Shown: positions 58,007 to 64,000 of the stretch, piece after piece | Position numbering within the stretch: the stretch's first letter is position 1 | Layout of the letters: every line of letters starts with the position of its first letter | Source of the DNA: an uncultured virus (IMG/VR IMGVR_UViG_3300020042_010191) | Taxonomy: Duplodnaviria; Heunggongvirae; Uroviricota; Caudoviricetes | IMG/VR virus record: IMGVR_UViG_3300020042_010191 | Direction: 5' to 3' (one strand) | DNA: 64,000 bases | Made by a program: the position numbers and the translations under genes | Notes under the pieces: model-generated | The model's input: the letters and a program-made list of their open reading frames with translations, nothing else | What the model was told of the DNA's origin: nothing | Database searches by the model: none

Positions 58007-58657
58007 ATGTCTAAAAAGTTACAAAATGTCAAAGCAATTCAACAAATGTTGGAAGGCAATCACAAGTTTCAAACCAAAAAAACAGTAGGTTTTTCAGATG
58101 CTAAAGATGCAGCTAAAAAATCTGAACATCACATAGTAGGTGATACATGGGAAGAAACTGATGCAACTGGAGTTACATACGTAATAGAACAGCGTGATGG
58201 ATTTCGTGTACGAAAAACAAAAAATTCTGAAATATTTCAATCTATTCGTGAAGAAATGAGATCATTTCCTAATTGTAGGAAAGAAACATGTACATGTTTA
58301 AAAGCAAATTCAGTTGATGAAAAAATGAGAAAAATACATGGTATGTGCGGCGATTGTGTAATTGATATGGAACACGAAATGCGCAAAGCTGGAACATATG
58401 AAGAATATGAAAAAAATAAAATTCGAGAAAATGCTTTAGCTTGGCTTCGTAACGCAGAACGAGATGTTGAGCTATTAAAACAAGCATATACACAAGCTTC
58501 AGAATTTGTTACTAATGCAGATGGCGAAACTGAATCGTGGGGTGCAAAAATGACTCCAGATGAATTTGAAGAAACTGTACAGAAACAATTTGAACGATTC
58601 AAAGAAAATTTTTTAAATAAACTAAATGGAGTTGAAGAAACAAATGAAAACAATTAA
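58007..58657 (+). CDS. Conserved phage protein with Cys cluster
   Basis: GDTWEE, C..C.C, CGDC. Confidence 0.65.
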   Translation: MSKKLQNVKAIQQMLEGNHKFQTKKTVGFSDAKDAAKKSEHHIVGDTWEETDATGVTYVIEQRDGFRVRKTKNSEIFQSIREEMRSFPNCRKETCTCLKANSVDEKMRKIHGMCGDCVIDMEHEMRKAGTYEEYEKNKIRENALAWLRNAERDVELLKQAYTQASEFVTNADGETESWGAKMTPDEFEETVQKQFERFKENFLNKLNGVEETNENN

Positions 58658-58979
58658 AAACGTCGTGTTAGCAGTTGCCGGAGTTATAGGTGCAATTGTT
58701 GCATTTTTCTTATTAACAGGAAAAAGAAAATCAAAACAAATTGAAAAAATTGATGCAGCAATTGCAGAAAAAAAGCAACATGTAGATCGCATCGAAACTG
58801 AAGTAAAGCAAGTTGCAAAAAAACGAAAAGAAGTTAAAAAAGAAATTGCTGAAGTAAAAGAACAAATTGCTGATTTAGAATCACAAAAAGAAAATTTGGT
58901 AGTTGAAGAAAAACCTGCAGAAGAAGTGAAAGATAATATCTTGAAACAAACACGTAGAGGTCGTCCTAAAAAGGCATAA
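58644..58979 (+). CDS. TM-anchored coiled-coil protein with C-terminal RGRP (AT-hook-like)
   Basis: N-terminal TM; heptads; RRGRPKKA. Confidence 0.65.
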   Translation: MKTIKNVVLAVAGVIGAIVAFFLLTGKRKSKQIEKIDAAIAEKKQHVDRIETEVKQVAKKRKEVKKEIAEVKEQIADLESQKENLVVEEKPAEEVKDNILKQTRRGRPKKA

Positions 58980-58980
58980 C

Positions 58981-59379
58981 ATGAAAAACATATTATTTAT
59001 TTTCTTGTTTGTATCTGTTTTAGGTTTTGCTCAAAAAACTAACAAACAAATACCCGATACAGTTTGTTTTACTAAAGAGCAAGCAGCAGACATTTCATTT
59101 GTTTTAGATTCACTTTGGATGGCAGATGATATTAATAATGCATTGATTACAACATATCAAACTGCAATTAAAAAACAAGATTCATTGATTGTTTTAGATT
59201 CAATTCAAATCACAAAACAAGATAGTATTATTTTGCTTCAAAAAAGCATTGTATTGGATTTAGAAAAGAAAATACAATTGTTACAGCCAAAATGGTATGA
59301 TAAAAAAGCAATTTGGTTCGGCTTTGGATTTTTATCAACATTAGGTACTGGAATATTGATTAATTCATTCATAAACTAA
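58981..59379 (+). CDS. Exported coiled-coil protein with C-terminal TM (spanin-like candidate)
   Basis: Signal peptide followed by Q; hydrophobic C-terminus. Confidence 0.55.
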   Translation: MKNILFIFLFVSVLGFAQKTNKQIPDTVCFTKEQAADISFVLDSLWMADDINNALITTYQTAIKKQDSLIVLDSIQITKQDSIILLQKSIVLDLEKKIQLLQPKWYDKKAIWFGFGFLSTLGTGILINSFIN

Positions 59380-59380
59380 T

Positions 59381-60958
59381 ATGACACAAAATATAAAACA
59401 GATCATTCAACAACAGTACACAATGTGTGCTAAAGATCCTGTTTTCTTTATGCGTCAATATTGTTATATCCAACATCCTAAAAAAGGTAAAATTAAATTT
59501 AATCTTTATCCTTTTCAAGAAGATTCATTAACTGAATTGCGAGATAATCGTTACAATGTAATATTAAAGTCTCGTCAGTTAGGTATCTCAACATTATCTG
59601 CAGGATTCGCGCTGTGGAGCATGTTGTTCAAAGAAGATTTTAACGTACTTGTTATTGCAACAACTCAAGAAGTAGCAAAAAACTTAGTAACAAAAGTACG
59701 TGTCATGCACGACAATTTACCTAGTTGGTTAAAAGGTAATATTGAAGCAGACAATAAACTTTCACTCAAATTTAAAAATGGTTCGCAAATCAAAGCAGTA
59801 TCATCAGCAACTACCGGTGCACGTTCAGAAGCACTTTCTTTGCTTATTATAGATGAGGCTGCATTTATTCGAAACATTGAAGAAATTTGGGTAGCATCGC
59901 AAGCAACATTATCAACAGGTGGTGGAGCAATTGTATTATCTACACCAAACGGGGTAGGTAATTGGTTTCACTCAGTATGGTCTGAAGCAGAACAAGAAAT
60001 CAATGGATTTCATACAATCAAGCTACATTGGACTGTTCATCCAGATCGCGATCAATTTTGGCGCGATGAACAAACCAAACTACTTGGCGAACGAGGTGCT
60101 GCTCAGGAATGTGACTGTGACTTTATTAGTTCCGGGCATACAGTAATAGACAGCGGCATATTAATGGACTATGAATCAAAATGTTCCGATCCGATTGAAA
60201 AACGAGGCTATGACAATGCATATTGGGTTTGGGAATATCCAAACTATGAAAAAGATTATATAGTAGTAGCTGACGTTGCCCGTGGCGATGGGGGCGACTG
60301 GTCTACATTTCATGTTATCGATGTACAAGATGTTGTGCAAGTTGCAGAATATAAAGGCAAGATTCCACCTAAGGATTTTGGTAACATGTTAGTATCAGTT
60401 GCAACAGAATGGAACAATGCATTGCTAGCAATTGAAAATGCTAATATTGGGTGGGCAGCAATTCAACCCGTATTAGATCGCAGCTACGAAAATTTATTCT
60501 ATACATATAAAGATGATGGATATGTAGATGTAGACGTTCAACTTAAAAAAGGTTATGATATGAAAGATAAGAGCCAAATGGTTCCTGGAGTATCAACAAC
60601 GTCTAGAACTCGTCCATTGATGATATCAGCATTAGAAATGTATATGCGAGAAAAAACGCCAGTTATACGAAGCAAACGATTAATTCAAGAATTGTTTGTA
60701 TTTGTTTGGTTGAATGGAAAAGCTCAATCACAAAATGGTTATAATGATGACTTGGTAATGGCTTTTGCTATTGGCTTATGGCTTCGTGATACATCATTAA
60801 AATTACGTCAACAAGGAATTGAACTTCACAAAAGAACTTTGAGTCAATTTCAAAAATCTACACAACAAGTTATATTTACAGGCAAAGCTGCTCCTGGAGC
60901 AGATGGGTGGACATGGAATAATGGCCATAACAACGAGAATTTGACCTGGCTTCTGTAA
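59381..60958 (+). CDS. terL: Terminase large subunit (gp17-like)
   Basis: LYPFQ, KSRQLGIST, IIDEAAF, LSTPNG, ADVARG, DDLVMA. Confidence 0.95.
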   Translation: MTQNIKQIIQQQYTMCAKDPVFFMRQYCYIQHPKKGKIKFNLYPFQEDSLTELRDNRYNVILKSRQLGISTLSAGFALWSMLFKEDFNVLVIATTQEVAKNLVTKVRVMHDNLPSWLKGNIEADNKLSLKFKNGSQIKAVSSATTGARSEALSLLIIDEAAFIRNIEEIWVASQATLSTGGGAIVLSTPNGVGNWFHSVWSEAEQEINGFHTIKLHWTVHPDRDQFWRDEQTKLLGERGAAQECDCDFISSGHTVIDSGILMDYESKCSDPIEKRGYDNAYWVWEYPNYEKDYIVVADVARGDGGDWSTFHVIDVQDVVQVAEYKGKIPPKDFGNMLVSVATEWNNALLAIENANIGWAAIQPVLDRSYENLFYTYKDDGYVDVDVQLKKGYDMKDKSQMVPGVSTTSRTRPLMISALEMYMREKTPVIRSKRLIQELFVFVWLNGKAQSQNGYNDDLVMAFAIGLWLRDTSLKLRQQGIELHKRTLSQFQKSTQQVIFTGKAAPGADGWTWNNGHNNENLTWLL

Positions 60959-60989
60959 CTAGTTATATTTATTATAAAAATAATATACT

Positions 60990-62828
60990 ATGGCGTCATT
61001 AAGAAAACGTTTACAAAATTTATTTAGTACCAATGTCATTGTACGTGCATATGGTAATGATAAATTAAAAGTTGTTGATACTAACCGTTTGCAAGGGGTT
61101 GGTAACATAAATCAAACTAAAGTAGCAGATCGATATACAAGAATGCATGGTGCTAATAAGCACATGGTAGGTGGTATGGGAGGATATGATTCCAACTATT
61201 ATATGCATCAAAATCGTATGCAACTCTATGCTGATTATGAAATGATGGACCGAGATCCAATTATTAGTTCAGCATTGGATATATATTCAGATGAATCTAC
61301 ATTAGCAGACCAATTTGGCGATATCTTAACAATTAAAACAAACAACACTCGTATTCAAAAAATACTTTATAATTTATTTTATGATGTTTTAAACATTGAA
61401 TTCAATTTATGGACTTGGATTCGAAACATGGCAAAGTATGGCGACTTCTTTTTAAAATTGGATATTGCTGAAGAAATTGGTATCATGAATGCTCGACCAC
61501 TTTCTAGTTATGAAGTAGAACGTTTTGAAGAGTATGATGAAGCAACTGGTGAATATAAAATTACATTTAAACATGTAGGTTCTCCGAATATAACATATGA
61601 TGTTTTTGAAATGGCACATTTCCGCATGTTGTCAGATTCTAACTTTTTACCATATGGTAGATCGATGTTAGAAGGAGCTCGTAAAGAGTTTCAAAAATTA
61701 ATGATGCTAGAAGATGCAATGTTAATACATCGAATTATGCGCGCACCTGAAAAACGTATTTTTAAAATCGATATTGGTAATATTCCACCAAATGAAGTTG
61801 ATACATTCATGGAACAGATTATTACTAAAATGAAAAAAATTCCACATATTGATCAACAAACAGGAAATTATAATCTTAAATTCAATTTGAACAACATGTT
61901 GGAAGATTATTACTTACCAGTTCGAGGCGGTAACTCTACGACGTCGATAGACACGTTGCCAGGCATGACATTTACAGGTATGGATGACATTGAATATGTT
62001 AGAAACAAAATGATGGCAGCTTTAAAGATTCCTAAACCATTTTTAGGTTACGATGAAGGCGTTGAAGGTAAAACTACATTAGCATCAATGGATATTCGTT
62101 TTGCTAGAACAATTGAACGTATTCAAAAAATTACAATTTCTGAATTAACAAAGATTGCAATTATACATTTATATGCTCAAGGGTTTGAAGGCGAAGATTT
62201 AGTAGGTTTTGAACTAGAATTAACATCGCCTTCTATAATTTATGATCAACAAAAAGTTGCATTAATGAACGAAAAAATTACGTTGGCAAATGCAATGAAA
62301 GATAGCAAATTAGTTTCTGATCGATACATTTACGAATATATCTTTAATATGTCAGAAGAACAATGGCTACAAGAACGCACAGACATCGTTGAAGATCTTA
62401 AATTAAGATTCCGTCAAAATCAAATTGAACAAGAAGGTAATGACCCGGCAGTAACTGGTATATCGTATGGAACGCCGCATGATTTAGCAACAGTTCATAT
62501 GTCAAGCAAAGACGTAGAAGAAAAAGATAAAGGCGGAAGACCACCAGAAGGAATTAAACCAGAGCAACATAAAAATGCATTAGGATGGGATCCGACAGGT
62601 AAAAAAGAATTGAAACAAGCATTTAACGTGCAAAATCAAAAATCAACATTTGAACCAGATACTAGATGGGATCGCGCAGTCAGACCAGTTTCTACAGAGA
62701 GTCACAACATAATGAAATATTTAAAAAACAAACAACCTAAAATATTATTTGAATCATTGAATTCTGCAAAAACAAAACAAGATGATTTAGATAAAGGTAC
62801 TATGTTGGACGAAAACAACATTTTGTAA
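60990..62828 (+). CDS. Portal protein (gp20-like)
   Basis: ALDIYSDE, PYGRSMLE, LEDAMLIHRIMRAPEKRIFKIDIGN, EDYYLPVRG, IDTLPG. Confidence 0.95.
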   Translation: MASLRKRLQNLFSTNVIVRAYGNDKLKVVDTNRLQGVGNINQTKVADRYTRMHGANKHMVGGMGGYDSNYYMHQNRMQLYADYEMMDRDPIISSALDIYSDESTLADQFGDILTIKTNNTRIQKILYNLFYDVLNIEFNLWTWIRNMAKYGDFFLKLDIAEEIGIMNARPLSSYEVERFEEYDEATGEYKITFKHVGSPNITYDVFEMAHFRMLSDSNFLPYGRSMLEGARKEFQKLMMLEDAMLIHRIMRAPEKRIFKIDIGNIPPNEVDTFMEQIITKMKKIPHIDQQTGNYNLKFNLNNMLEDYYLPVRGGNSTTSIDTLPGMTFTGMDDIEYVRNKMMAALKIPKPFLGYDEGVEGKTTLASMDIRFARTIERIQKITISELTKIAIIHLYAQGFEGEDLVGFELELTSPSIIYDQQKVALMNEKITLANAMKDSKLVSDRYIYEYIFNMSEEQWLQERTDIVEDLKLRFRQNQIEQEGNDPAVTGISYGTPHDLATVHMSSKDVEEKDKGGRPPEGIKPEQHKNALGWDPTGKKELKQAFNVQNQKSTFEPDTRWDRAVRPVSTESHNIMKYLKNKQPKILFESLNSAKTKQDDLDKGTMLDENNIL

Positions 62829-62869
62829 GAAACATTATATTTATAATAAATAAAAAGCGATCGTATAGT

Positions 62870-63721
62870 ATGAAAAAATTAAAACATTCAAAATATAAGA
62901 ATACCGGTATTCTTTTTGAAATGTTAGTGCGAAAGTTAACATCAGAGACATTGTCTTCAAATAAATCTGTAACAGTAGATATTATTAAAAAATATTTTGG
63001 TAAAAATACTGAGTTATCAAAAGAATTACAATTATATAACGCACTACTAAAAGAACAATTTAAAAGTGAGGCACAAGCATTAGATTATATACGTACAGTA
63101 AAATCTACTCATGATAAACTAAATCAAACTACGTTAAAGAGACAACGATATAATCTTGTTAAAGAAATTTCAGAACGTTTTAATTTTGATGGTATTTCAA
63201 AGATACATATTAATAATTACAAAACATTGGCATCGATTTACATGATCTTTGAATATCAAGAAACAGATAATCCGAAACAATTGTTAGAATGTAAAAATGT
63301 TATTCTAGAAAATTCAATGCTATCTGCAAAGCCTAAACGCATAGAAAAAGATGTTGTAATTGAAACATTTGAATCACAGCCAAAAGAAATACGATTACTT
63401 GCATATAAAATGTTAGTAGACAAATTCAATGAAAAATATTCTGGATTAGATGAATCGCAGAAGCAATTGTTAAACAAATACATTACCAATGTAAATGATA
63501 CAAAAGCTTTGAAAGAATATGTAGAAATTATTATTCCGCAAATTAAAACAGCATTGTCTAATCAAGCAAAAACAATTACAGATAAAGCAACACAAATAAA
63601 AGTTCAAAAACTTTCAGAAATGTTATGCACTGTAGAAAATATGAAAACGATAAAAGAATCTCACGTATTATCTTTATTACGTTATTTTGATTTAATTCGC
63701 GAACTAAAGGAGATTAATTAA
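62870..63721 (+). CDS. Conserved head-morphogenesis-region protein
   Basis: KHSKYKNTGILFE; directly after the portal. Confidence 0.65.
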   Translation: MKKLKHSKYKNTGILFEMLVRKLTSETLSSNKSVTVDIIKKYFGKNTELSKELQLYNALLKEQFKSEAQALDYIRTVKSTHDKLNQTTLKRQRYNLVKEISERFNFDGISKIHINNYKTLASIYMIFEYQETDNPKQLLECKNVILENSMLSAKPKRIEKDVVIETFESQPKEIRLLAYKMLVDKFNEKYSGLDESQKQLLNKYITNVNDTKALKEYVEIIIPQIKTALSNQAKTITDKATQIKVQKLSEMLCTVENMKTIKESHVLSLLRYFDLIRELKEIN

Positions 63722-64000
63722 TGAATTCATTTTTACGATTAATAGAAAGTAAATTCATTGAATTAGAGTCTGAAGATCAAGTTGATGAAAACGAGATTGA
63801 AGAACAAAATACTACTGGCGCTATTGCTGGTTATAATACTCCTGGTGCTTTCTTAACGCCAGCACAATACGAAAAGAAAAAGAAAAAAATAAAATACGAA
63901 TCGGTAAATACACCACCAACGTTTAAATGGAAAGATACACAAGATCAAACGCCTGAGTCTGGAGAAGAAACGGCACAAGACAAATTTCCATTTTCTAGAG
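63721..64000 (+). CDS. Partial hypothetical protein (runs off the window)
   Basis: MNSFLRLIE...TTGAIAGYNTPGAF, open to the window end. Confidence 0.6.
   Translation, partial: MNSFLRLIESKFIELESEDQVDENEIEEQNTTGAIAGYNTPGAFLTPAQYEKKKKKIKYESVNTPPTFKWKDTQDQTPESGEETAQDKFPFSR

Larger units (their letters stand above)
16052..62844 (+). promoter_or_regulatory. Putative late promoter motif ATATTTAT, dispersed copies
   Basis: Intergenic copies before genes at 16052, 18040, 20547, 27848, 30007, 32274, 41103, 43136, 45289, 52120, 55069, 57100, 60965, 62837 and also 6377; minus-strand copies at 25799 and 26746. Confidence 0.75.

Noticed and set aside
59381..62828. Intron or intein in terminase or portal
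   Set aside because: Both ORFs are continuous, of ordinary length, and lack intein splice motifs
1..64000. Stop-codon reassignment
   Set aside because: Terminase, portal and other long genes are intact in the standard code, and TGA and TAG both end real genes; the single in-frame TGA at 10249 is isolated

Overview
This window is a segment of a large, AT-rich, T4-like (myovirus-type) phage genome. The host is most likely Bacteroidetes, supported by DUF3127-, DUF4494- and Hc1-like genes, a T9SS-type C-terminal domain, signal peptides followed by Gln, and TAnnTTT-type promoters. Layout: (1) 1-2 kb, a visibly GC-richer exonuclease/SSB module that may come from a different phage. (2) 2.7-6.4 kb, an array of short gene cassettes joined by a conserved TAAATCAGAATAAGATG junction. 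(3) 6.4-8.3 kb, an HNH gene, phased TATTTTTAG repeats, and a structured GC-rich RNA-like element whose loop is complementary to the leader shared by the early genes. (4) 8.2-15.8 kb, about 14 promoter-plus-small-gene units, including a sigma-70 factor and an AAA+ ATPase, ending in a G/C-tract element. (5) 16-30 kb, accessory and putative head-packaged proteins with shared N-terminal leaders, UvsE, an HD hydrolase and a gp55-like sigma factor. (6) 30-64 kb, baseplate/tail genes, a resolvase, primase, a fused SbcD-SbcC, terminase and portal. All functional calls come from recognising motifs by eye; no database searches were run. No tRNA, rRNA or CRISPR array was seen.
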